This document shows positions 54,244 to 61,510 of a stretch of DNA of 64,000 nucleotides, piece by piece (positions within the stretch are counted from its first letter, which is position 1; every line of letters starts with the position of its first letter). The DNA is from a virus. Its lineage: Duplodnaviria; Caudoviricetes. The DNA is taken from IMG/VR virus record IMGVR_UViG_3300028186_000155, one strand, 5' to 3'. Made by a program: the position numbers and the translations under genes. Under the pieces are notes generated by a model. That model was not told the origin of the DNA, did no database searches, and was given only the letters and a program-made list of their open reading frames with translations.

Positions 54244-55329
54244 TTAGAAATAGCCGTGGCGTCGGTACATACCTCTGTAACCGGCAGACCAACGCTCACT
54301 CAGTTTGTTTACAGTTATCCAGACGATGGCAGCGATGGCAATCAACGACAGAACGATCAACCACATTGGCGGCGTATATTCGTCTTTGAGGAAATCGTAA
54401 CGGCCAAGGTCTTCACGCTGGAACAGCGCCAGCGAACCGTCGATAGAATCGATGATGGTTGGTACGCTGATAGGGCCTTTCTGTTGTATCAGCGCTTCGT
54501 GTGCGTTCACGAAAAGCGCGGTGGTGAAAGCGCGGCCACTTTTGTCAATCTTTTCGTCTGCCGACCGGCTGAATGCCCAAGCGTGAATCGTGCGGCATTC
54601 GTCGTTCACACCGAGGAACAAAACAGCATCGTTTTTCTTGCCACCATTCCACTTCGACGCCACGGCGTTGACGAACTGATTCCAGTTGGTTTTGGGGCCA
54701 ACCACAATCACGCTCACGTTAACCCCGTGCATTGGTCCCCAACGCTTCTGCGCCACCGACAAGAAATGCGACAGGCCGCGCTGATCCATGCAGGGCGTAT
54801 TCGAGAAACCGCGACTCACTTTGAAGCCCGAATAAATATGCGGATACGCAGGCAGCCAGCCTTGGTATTCCTCGGCAGACGTGCGATCAACCATCACCGA
54901 TTGGTCGCTAACGTTTTGGTAATTCATGAAACGCTGCGTGCTGGCGTATGGATCACCGATTTGCGCCTGCGAGTAAATGGCCGGGGCACGGATGGATTGC
55001 GACGTGTGTTCGCTGTAGTAATCGCCGTAATCGCTGATCACATCCCAGCGCCAGCGCGGGATTTCCCGGCTACACGTTTTGGTATTTCCGTGCGAGTCTT
55101 TGCCGCAGTCGTAATACTCGGTATCAGGATCGTAAACGCGCTGTTTCTTTGCGACAGATCCACTGATGATTTCCGTATCGGACGCCTGCCAATACATCGG
55201 CCCGTAATACAGCGCCAGACTGGCCGCAATGCCCGCCAAGAAACCGCAACCGGTGGCCGCCCAGTCCTTGACATGTAGGTTGCAGTAAACAGCAGCCAGC
55301 AACGCCACCGAAATATAAGCGTAGATCAT
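54244..55329 (-). CDS. membrane protein with TPM-like domain
   Basis: 2 N-terminal TM, WNGGKKNDAVLFLGV, C-terminal TM; next to LemA-like gene. Confidence 0.6.
   Translation of the reverse strand: MIYAYISVALLAAVYCNLHVKDWAATGCGFLAGIAASLALYYGPMYWQASDTEIISGSVAKKQRVYDPDTEYYDCGKDSHGNTKTCSREIPRWRWDVISDYGDYYSEHTSQSIRAPAIYSQAQIGDPYASTQRFMNYQNVSDQSVMVDRTSAEEYQGWLPAYPHIYSGFKVSRGFSNTPCMDQRGLSHFLSVAQKRWGPMHGVNVSVIVVGPKTNWNQFVNAVASKWNGGKKNDAVLFLGVNDECRTIHAWAFSRSADEKIDKSGRAFTTALFVNAHEALIQQKGPISVPTIIDSIDGSLALFQREDLGRYDFLKDEYTPPMWLIVLSLIAIAAIVWITVNKLSERWSAGYRGMYRRHGYF
54307..54317 (-). promoter_or_regulatory. motif variant TAACTGTAAAC
   Basis: 10/11 match, about 93 nt upstream of the LemA-like start. Confidence 0.4.
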
Positions 55330-55616
55330 TATGGTTGTCCCTTACTTTCCATGTGCGCAAGGCTCAGCTTAACTTCGGCCCATGGCATGAAAGTTGCGTC
55401 TTTCACGTCGGTGGAATCTTCCGGCATACGCACGATCAATTCGTAGCGGAACCCGTATTTGTCCGGGCAGTAACCGGCGATCAGGTTGTCGAAAACATCC
55501 GTGGAAAACATCGGAGGAAAACCTGCGTCGAGTAGCGCGTAGGCAATGGCGATGCAATCCGGGCCGGTCAGCAAGTCTTTTTCAATCGACCACGGCCACG
55601 CAAGATTCTCAATCAT
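55329..55616 (-). CDS. hypothetical protein (MIENL...)
   Basis: tiles operon. Confidence 0.65.
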   Translation of the reverse strand: MIENLAWPWSIEKDLLTGPDCIAIAYALLDAGFPPMFSTDVFDNLIAGYCPDKYGFRYELIVRMPEDSTDVKDATFMPWAEVKLSLAHMESKGQP

Positions 55617-56337
55617 TTTCATAGACCTTGAAATTTTCGTTGATGTAGCGAACGAAATCATAAATGCCTTCGTCGCCGTCGAATTCGATGTTGATCCAGT
55701 ATTCGTTCTGGTGTGAACCGTATTCCAGACACGGTTTAGATTTGGCGCGGCGTGCCAGTGCTTCGGGTTCTTGCGTGAACACGTGGTGCACCAGCCAATG
55801 GATCAGATCCGGGTGTGCGTGAACACCGCGAATTTCCAAACCAACTTTGTCACGCTGCACAATCGTTGGCCAGAATTGCGGGCGGCCATTTACCAGACGC
55901 TGTTCGATCAGTTTACGCGGGTACGCCATGTAACCATGCAGCGCCACGACTGGCACCCCACCGTCAACCTCGCGGTAGTCACCAACGGAGCGGCCCAATT
56001 CACAATCGAAAATGTGATTGTCTTCAGAGTAGGCAAGGCGATCAATCAGTTCCTCGCCAACACCGAGGCCACGGAAAATCGAATGGCATTGCTCGGTGAT
56101 TTCGTCGCCTTTTATGAAGTCGCGAACGTCGAACACTTTAGGCCCATAGGGTTCTGGCAAATTGTCATAGGCCACAACATCCATTTGCTCATAACCACCA
56201 ACAAACGCCACGTACCACCCAGTTTTGCGCTCGCTGTTCGGGTGGCCATAATACGCTTTGCACACGGTGCCTTGCGTGGTGGTTACGATGTAGTGGCCGT
56301 ATTCTTCAGGCTCACCAAATTTCCATTGGGCAATCAT
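55609..56337 (-). CDS. DUF551-like N-terminal domain protein
   Basis: W....PEE...YIVT...VVAY..LPEPY. Confidence 0.6.
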   Translation of the reverse strand: MIAQWKFGEPEEYGHYIVTTTQGTVCKAYYGHPNSERKTGWYVAFVGGYEQMDVVAYDNLPEPYGPKVFDVRDFIKGDEITEQCHSIFRGLGVGEELIDRLAYSEDNHIFDCELGRSVGDYREVDGGVPVVALHGYMAYPRKLIEQRLVNGRPQFWPTIVQRDKVGLEIRGVHAHPDLIHWLVHHVFTQEPEALARRAKSKPCLEYGSHQNEYWINIEFDGDEGIYDFVRYINENFKVYEND

Positions 56338-57125
56338 GGTTTCACCTCTTCAAACAGCAGGCCCTGTTCGGCCAGACAATCTTTGATTTGATCCAAGAAA
56401 ATACGGCGGGTAGTGTTGAACCTGTGATGAATATCCGGGTTGTGCGCAGCAGGCAGCTTGATGGTACGCGGCTCACGCTTTTCACGGGCGTGCACCATCG
56501 CCTTGTAAATTTCGCTAATGGCTTGCTTTGCGTGGTGTTTGGCATCCGCTTCGGATTGGTCGGAATTGCCTTCGAAATTTACGTCAGGTTCAGTGTCAAA
56601 GAACCGACCCAGCGCATTCAGCGCCGCACGTTCCATATCATCGGTGATTTGGTAGAGGAAAGGTGCATCCCATTCACGCTGCACAATATCGCCCGTGACG
56701 CCGGTCAGATTCTCTAGCTGCTGGTGCAGATCGTGCAGTTTGTCTTGCAGTTCATCAGCATGCGTTTTGATGATGCCTTTGGCCCGGATTTCGACAGCCT
56801 TTTCGAAGTTGGCAAAGTTGGCGCGGGCCAGCTTGTCTTCGTACATGCGATTGGCGAAATACGAACAGACTTTTTCGAAATCTGCGAACACAATTCGGCG
56901 GCCATTGAGCGTGATGCTGATTTGCATTGCGTCCGCGTCCCAGCCCGGCGTGTCCACAACTTCGCGCAGGTCGTCTTTCGACATGCCTTCAAGCAGCATG
57001 TGCGAAAGCCAAGTCGGGAAACCTTCGGCGTTACGGTCCAGATGCTTGTCAAAACTCAGGATTTCAAATTTGCCATTCTCATGGGCGATATCGATTGGCG
57101 ATTTGCTGCTGTCCTTGCTGCTCAT
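56334..57125 (-). CDS. hypothetical protein
   Basis: ATGA-coupled. Confidence 0.75.
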   Translation of the reverse strand: MSSKDSSKSPIDIAHENGKFEILSFDKHLDRNAEGFPTWLSHMLLEGMSKDDLREVVDTPGWDADAMQISITLNGRRIVFADFEKVCSYFANRMYEDKLARANFANFEKAVEIRAKGIIKTHADELQDKLHDLHQQLENLTGVTGDIVQREWDAPFLYQITDDMERAALNALGRFFDTEPDVNFEGNSDQSEADAKHHAKQAISEIYKAMVHAREKREPRTIKLPAAHNPDIHHRFNTTRRIFLDQIKDCLAEQGLLFEEVKP

Positions 57126-57655
57126 TTGAAGAGGGCCTGTAGTCGGAAATTTTGGTTAACCAGTCGGTTTGCGAACTGGTGATAGTCTGCTTCATCGAGG
57201 CAGGCATGGGCGATTAGGCACATGCGCTCCACGTCGTCGGCTACCATGACGCGGCGACCGCTGCCATGTGCCCACACGCTAAACATTTGGTTCACGTAGG
57301 AGTTGAATACGCGGCTCAATTCGTCAATTGCTGCGTAGCGTTTTGCCGGATCGACAGGCAGCCGGATTTCGGCGCCCATAAATTCGAATGACGGCAATTC
57401 TTTGCAGCGCATGAGATAGCCTTCCCACATGTACTGCACCGGCATAGGTTCGTAGGTGCCAGTAGTGTCACGGCGCCAGTTATGCACGGTCAGTTGCGCT
57501 TCGAAATCTTTGCGGAATTCTTCTTCACGTTCCGCCACACGCTTGCGCAGTTTGCCGATGATGCGTTGGCGCGCGTCTTCTTTCTTTTTCTCATGTGCCG
57601 CTTGTGCTGCGCGGTATTCTTCAGGGCTACCCAAAATGTCTTCGATTGTGCTCAC
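57122..57655 (-). CDS. hypothetical protein
   Basis: GAGGA SD, GTG start. Confidence 0.75.
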   Translation of the reverse strand: MSTIEDILGSPEEYRAAQAAHEKKKEDARQRIIGKLRKRVAEREEEFRKDFEAQLTVHNWRRDTTGTYEPMPVQYMWEGYLMRCKELPSFEFMGAEIRLPVDPAKRYAAIDELSRVFNSYVNQMFSVWAHGSGRRVMVADDVERMCLIAHACLDEADYHQFANRLVNQNFRLQALFK

Positions 57656-57679
57656 GACGTTTTCCTCAGTTTTTCCAAT

Positions 57680-57690
57680 GTTTACAGATT
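57680..57690 (-). promoter_or_regulatory. motif variant AATCTGTAAAC
   Basis: 10/11 match, between stop and SD. Confidence 0.5.
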
Positions 57691-58409
57691 TAGTAATCGG
57701 TTGGCAGTCTCTTCACGTACTGCACCATGTGCTCAATAGTACGGAACTTGTAGCCGTCTTCGTCCGAAATTTCACAGGCGAATTCGTCTTCGAGGCGCAT
57801 GATCATTTCGATTTGATCGAGCGAATCCATGTGGCCCCATTCTTCCAGATCCGTGTCCAGTGTTAGCGCGTTGGCTTCATCTACAGACACGCTGGATTGT
57901 TCCACCACCATTTCGAAAATCTTGTTGGTGATTTGGTCGCCCCAGTCACGCAATTTGCCACGGCGCGAAATGGTGCCAGATTTTTGCGGCAAGTCTTTTG
58001 GTCGCCAGTTTGCAACCTGTTCCGCCACAGGTTCCGTCACAACCATTTGATCAGCGCGAATCACGGCGCGGGTGCCGGGCGGTGCTGGTTTGGCTTGCCC
58101 TTGTGGGAAGTGTTCCCGTGCTAATTCGATGGCTTTACGCAGGTCCGGTTGCGGATCGAAACGCTGGTGGTGCCACATGATTTCCGTGGTGCCGTTCGGA
58201 TGGCCATTGATCGACAGGCCGGTGTAGGAAAGCCTTGCTTGTTTTTCCAGATAATCGATACGATCCGAATCTGCAAAAGCCATTGCTACTTTGACAGCCA
58301 GCACATTATTTTCCATGGCTTGGCCGTAGTCGTCAAAACTGTTTGGGAAATATTCACGCAGAATGCGCAGCACTCTGGCTTGTTCATGCTCGGTCAGTTT
58401 GTTGGTCAT
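57690..58409 (-). CDS. protein with C-terminal acyl carrier protein domain
   Basis: MDSLDQIEMIMRLEDEFACEISDED..KFRTI...VQYV, Ser196 in DSL. Confidence 0.85.
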   Translation of the reverse strand: MTNKLTEHEQARVLRILREYFPNSFDDYGQAMENNVLAVKVAMAFADSDRIDYLEKQARLSYTGLSINGHPNGTTEIMWHHQRFDPQPDLRKAIELAREHFPQGQAKPAPPGTRAVIRADQMVVTEPVAEQVANWRPKDLPQKSGTISRRGKLRDWGDQITNKIFEMVVEQSSVSVDEANALTLDTDLEEWGHMDSLDQIEMIMRLEDEFACEISDEDGYKFRTIEHMVQYVKRLPTDY

Positions 58410-58720
58410 TTCATCAGCTTCCGAATCAGGTAGGAATTACGAACGTTCCGGGCCACGACTTTGTATTGTGAGCGTTTCGGAACTGGTATCACTTTGCCGA
58501 ATGCATCGTGGTGACGCCAATCGGTGCGCATTCGAGTCAGGCCACACAAACCCCACTCGCGGCGCAGTTGAAAGCCTGCATACCAGTAGCCGCTGAACAG
58601 GTGAACGCCGGGACCGTCTACGTTCATTACCTTTGCCTCTTGGCGCGTAACGTTGTGTGCCAAGTAATACTGGCGGCCCGGTTCTGGCAGTTTAATAATG
58701 GTCCGTGGGCGCATGTTCAT
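58406..58720 (-). CDS. hypothetical protein
   Basis: ATGA-coupled at both ends. Confidence 0.65.
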   Translation of the reverse strand: MNMRPRTIIKLPEPGRQYYLAHNVTRQEAKVMNVDGPGVHLFSGYWYAGFQLRREWGLCGLTRMRTDWRHHDAFGKVIPVPKRSQYKVVARNVRNSYLIRKLMK

Positions 58721-58962
58721 TTCCAGAAATATTTGGCCGGGTATTTACGTTCGGTTTTGTTCTGCGCTTCGACCGCGTAGAACAGTCGCGCCAGATCGGT
58801 ATGGGCCAGTGGCATGTTGTCCATCATGCGTTGACGCAGCGCCTTATCTACGGGGCCGTTAATGTGGCCGTGGCCATCGAATAGGCAATCGCCTTTCATG
58901 CCTTGGCGCAGGTTGCCATTGTCGTCAAAAATGATATCGATAGTGCTGCGTTCCATGCCCAC
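58717..58962 (-). CDS. hypothetical protein
   Basis: GAGGA SD. Confidence 0.65.
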   Translation of the reverse strand: MGMERSTIDIIFDDNGNLRQGMKGDCLFDGHGHINGPVDKALRQRMMDNMPLAHTDLARLFYAVEAQNKTERKYPAKYFWK

Positions 58963-58964
58963 GG

Positions 58965-59183
58965 TTAGTTCCTCAAGTTGATTTCGTAAATGTTGTTCTG
59001 GTCAATCTCGCCAGAGGCCACACGCTTTTTCAGTTGGGTCAGTGCATGTTCCATCAGATCGATGGTGGACATGCCGTGGTTTTCGGTGGAAGCCAACGGC
59101 GCCACTTCAGGCTTGCCGGTTTGTTTGCTCAGGTGTTTCATGAAAACAACGCGCATCAGTTTCCCTCGGGTTTGACGGGCCAA
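58965..59183 (-). CDS. hypothetical protein
   Basis: probable start MRVVF at ATGA overlap. Confidence 0.65.
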   Translation of the reverse strand: MARQTRGKLMRVVFMKHLSKQTGKPEVAPLASTENHGMSTIDLMEHALTQLKKRVASGEIDQNNIYEINLRN

Positions 59184-59479
59184 ACTTTATGACCGGTGTC
59201 GATATAAACGTCGAAACCAACAGGGTTAGCTTCGGTCAATTCCTGCGCACATTTGACGGCTTCGTCGTAGCTGTTAAACGTGGTGTTGTGCCGCCCGGCA
59301 AACGACGTGTATTGCAGCGCGGGGCCGGTGTAGGAGAATCCGCTAAAGGCTCGCGAACTCTTCACCACCAACCACTGCGGGGCGTTGCAGTCAGGGCAGC
59401 GGTCGCCGTCGTACCCATCCGGGCGCAGGCAGCCGATTTCCCCATGGTCGTTGCAGGTTTCACAATTTGGTTTATTCAT
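59156..59479 (-). CDS. Zn-finger protein
   Basis: CETCNDHG...CPDC. Confidence 0.7.
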   Translation of the reverse strand: MNKPNCETCNDHGEIGCLRPDGYDGDRCPDCNAPQWLVVKSSRAFSGFSYTGPALQYTSFAGRHNTTFNSYDEAVKCAQELTEANPVGFDVYIDTGHKVWPVKPEGN

Positions 59480-59801
59480 CTTGATCGGCCATCCCCGGCA
59501 TGTCGGCAGTACGCGCCGAATCCACCGTGCAGTCGTCGTTCACCAGATAGAAACTGAATTTCGCCCACTCGCTATCCGACAAATGCGGTTTGATTTCGCG
59601 GGCGATATTTTCAAGCTGGCGCACCACTTCGTGACGACGCGGCGTGTTAGCTTGATGCGTGTCGCGTACCGCCAGTTCCCAGCATCCTAGTACCCAGTGC
59701 AGGTTTTCCAACGCGGCTTGGCGCCCCGGTTGACCTTGGACTGGAATTTGAAACCCGAAGAAATCGGGAATTTGAATGGTGATTGCTTTTTTCACAGCCA
59801 T
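59472..59801 (-). CDS. hypothetical, paralog of 60654
   Basis: IQIPDFF...NL.WV..CW...KPHL...EW. Confidence 0.8.
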   Translation of the reverse strand: MAVKKAITIQIPDFFGFQIPVQGQPGRQAALENLHWVLGCWELAVRDTHQANTPRRHEVVRQLENIAREIKPHLSDSEWAKFSFYLVNDDCTVDSARTADMPGMADQDE

Positions 59802-60185
59802 TTAGCGATGCCCCTTTTGAGTTCTGGATCGTTTATCGACGGATTGCAGCGCATCACGGACAACGCCCAGCGGGGCACCTGTGATTTTGCAAATCTCTGC
59901 GTGATTTAGGCCAAGCTTAAACGCCAGTCGAATTGTGGCAGCCAGCGCGAACACAGGCGTGATTTCATCCACTAGGCCCGCATCGGGTTTTTCATTGTCC
60001 CCTAGTAGATCGCTCAGCATGTCGCGCAGTTCGGTTAGCGATTTACGATCAGTGGAAAATACGGTGCTAACCCCGCCTACCCCGCAATTGACCAGAAATT
60101 CGTCGCGGCTGTCTCGGCGTTCGTTCGCTGCGAAATGTGCCTGCGCATATGCGTTGCCGATCAGGCTCAATTTTACTTCGGGCAT
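59802..60185 (-). CDS. protein with C-terminal HTH
   Basis: GLNHAEICKITGAPLGVVRDAL. Confidence 0.65.
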   Translation of the reverse strand: MPEVKLSLIGNAYAQAHFAANERRDSRDEFLVNCGVGGVSTVFSTDRKSLTELRDMLSDLLGDNEKPDAGLVDEITPVFALAATIRLAFKLGLNHAEICKITGAPLGVVRDALQSVDKRSRTQKGHR

Positions 60186-60643
60186 TATTGCGCTTCCTTG
60201 GGTTTGGTTACGATTCGCATCATGTTGGTGAACTCGAAACCGGAATCATATTCACAGCGGTAAACGATCAGGCGCCAGCTGCTGGTTTTCTCGGCCAGAT
60301 CACCACCGGTCAGGGATTGGTCGATTGCGGTCAGCGTGGAATTCAGCAAATCCCGCATGCGGAATGTGTTTGAGAAATCCCCGGTCGCCGTGTCGTACCA
60401 AACTGCTTTTTCGTTCGGACGAACAATGGTTTTCACCCATTCATCTACAGCAGCGCGCCACAGATCCGGGCACGATTCCTCGCGGTCGATATTGGTCCAG
60501 CCATCGGGCGGCTGTTCGCCCTTGTGCTCATACGGGTGCCAATAGGTGCTGGAAACATACTCGCCGTCTGCGTCGAATTTTTCGTATTCGTATGCGTAGA
60601 TCGGCAACAGTCTGCGCACCGCATCCCAGTCGATATGGAACAT
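60185..60643 (-). CDS. hypothetical protein (MFHIDW...)
   Basis: TAAGGAGG SD. Confidence 0.75.
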   Translation of the reverse strand: MFHIDWDAVRRLLPIYAYEYEKFDADGEYVSSTYWHPYEHKGEQPPDGWTNIDREESCPDLWRAAVDEWVKTIVRPNEKAVWYDTATGDFSNTFRMRDLLNSTLTAIDQSLTGGDLAEKTSSWRLIVYRCEYDSGFEFTNMMRIVTKPKEAQ

Positions 60644-60653
60644 AGAAACCTCC

Positions 60654-60986
60654 TTAATCCAGATCGTAGGCGCGGCCCGTGTCTGCATCCAACAAACCGT
60701 GGCACAACTCGTCCCATTCGTTTTCAGTGAGGTGTGGTTTGAGTTCGTTGTAAACGTTCTGGATTTTTTCGTTGGTTTCCACACGACGCGGCGCGCCTTT
60801 GGAATACCCGCCCGTTTCTTTGCTACCGATGATGCCTTTCAGCCAGCAGTTGAAAACCCAGCGCAGGTTGGTCAATGCATGTTCGCGCTCTTCGCCCTGC
60901 TTGACGGGAATTCCGATTTCGAAAAAATCAGGAATCTGCACACGGATCATGGTGCCGTTAACGTCGGTATAAATCGAAGTGGACAT
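60654..60986 (-). CDS. hypothetical, paralog of 59472
   Basis: VQIPDFF...NLRWVFNCW...KPHLTENEW. Confidence 0.8.
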   Translation of the reverse strand: MSTSIYTDVNGTMIRVQIPDFFEIGIPVKQGEEREHALTNLRWVFNCWLKGIIGSKETGGYSKGAPRRVETNEKIQNVYNELKPHLTENEWDELCHGLLDADTGRAYDLD

Positions 60987-61018
60987 AACGAAGGCCTCGA
61001 AATAAAAGGTGATGGTCT

Positions 61019-61057
61019 AAAGAAAATAAAGGTGCACGTTTTTAGACAGAACGTGCA
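61019..61057 (-). terminator. intrinsic terminator
   Basis: TGCACGTT/AACGTGCA stem, then CCTTTATTTTCTTT. Confidence 0.7.
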
Positions 61058-61070
61058 AACTGTTTATGGA

Positions 61071-61478
61071 TTACAGCGCGTCGCGCATTGCTTTCAGTTC
61101 AGCTGGCGACAGCTTGGCCAGTTCGGCGGTTTCCGCAGTTTCGATCAGGCGATCCAGCTGCTCGCGTTTCGCAGCCTTGTTGTTCTCTGCGACCTTCGCT
61201 TCGTTCTCGGCCTGCTTGGTGTCGATGATGTGTTTCACGATATCGAATTTGAGTTGCAGCACTTCGTCTTTCTTCGCGGATTTCACGAAGCTGGTGGTGC
61301 CCTGTGCTTCGATTTTCTGGTGCAGTTCGACCGCGATTTGATCGAGGTTAACACGATCCGATTTCGGGGTCAGTGGCAGGCCCCACAGGTCTTCCACCGA
61401 GATATTGCCACGGGTGGTTTCGAAACGCAGTTTCAGGCGGGAAGCTTGTTCGAAAATGTTGGTGGTTACTTGAGTCAT
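61071..61478 (-). CDS. conserved phage helical protein
   Basis: IFEQASRLKLRFET.RG...VEDLW.LPL; family recalled as adjacent to the next gene in large phages. Confidence 0.8.
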   Translation of the reverse strand: MTQVTTNIFEQASRLKLRFETTRGNISVEDLWGLPLTPKSDRVNLDQIAVELHQKIEAQGTTSFVKSAKKDEVLQLKFDIVKHIIDTKQAENEAKVAENNKAAKREQLDRLIETAETAELAKLSPAELKAMRDAL

Positions 61479-61510
61479 GGTATTTTCCTTTTTTCAGTTT
61501 GGTTTGTTGA

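Noticed and set aside
53377-55278. 633-aa plus-strand ORF
   Set aside because: Antisense to the LemA-like and TPM-like genes; explained by codon bias
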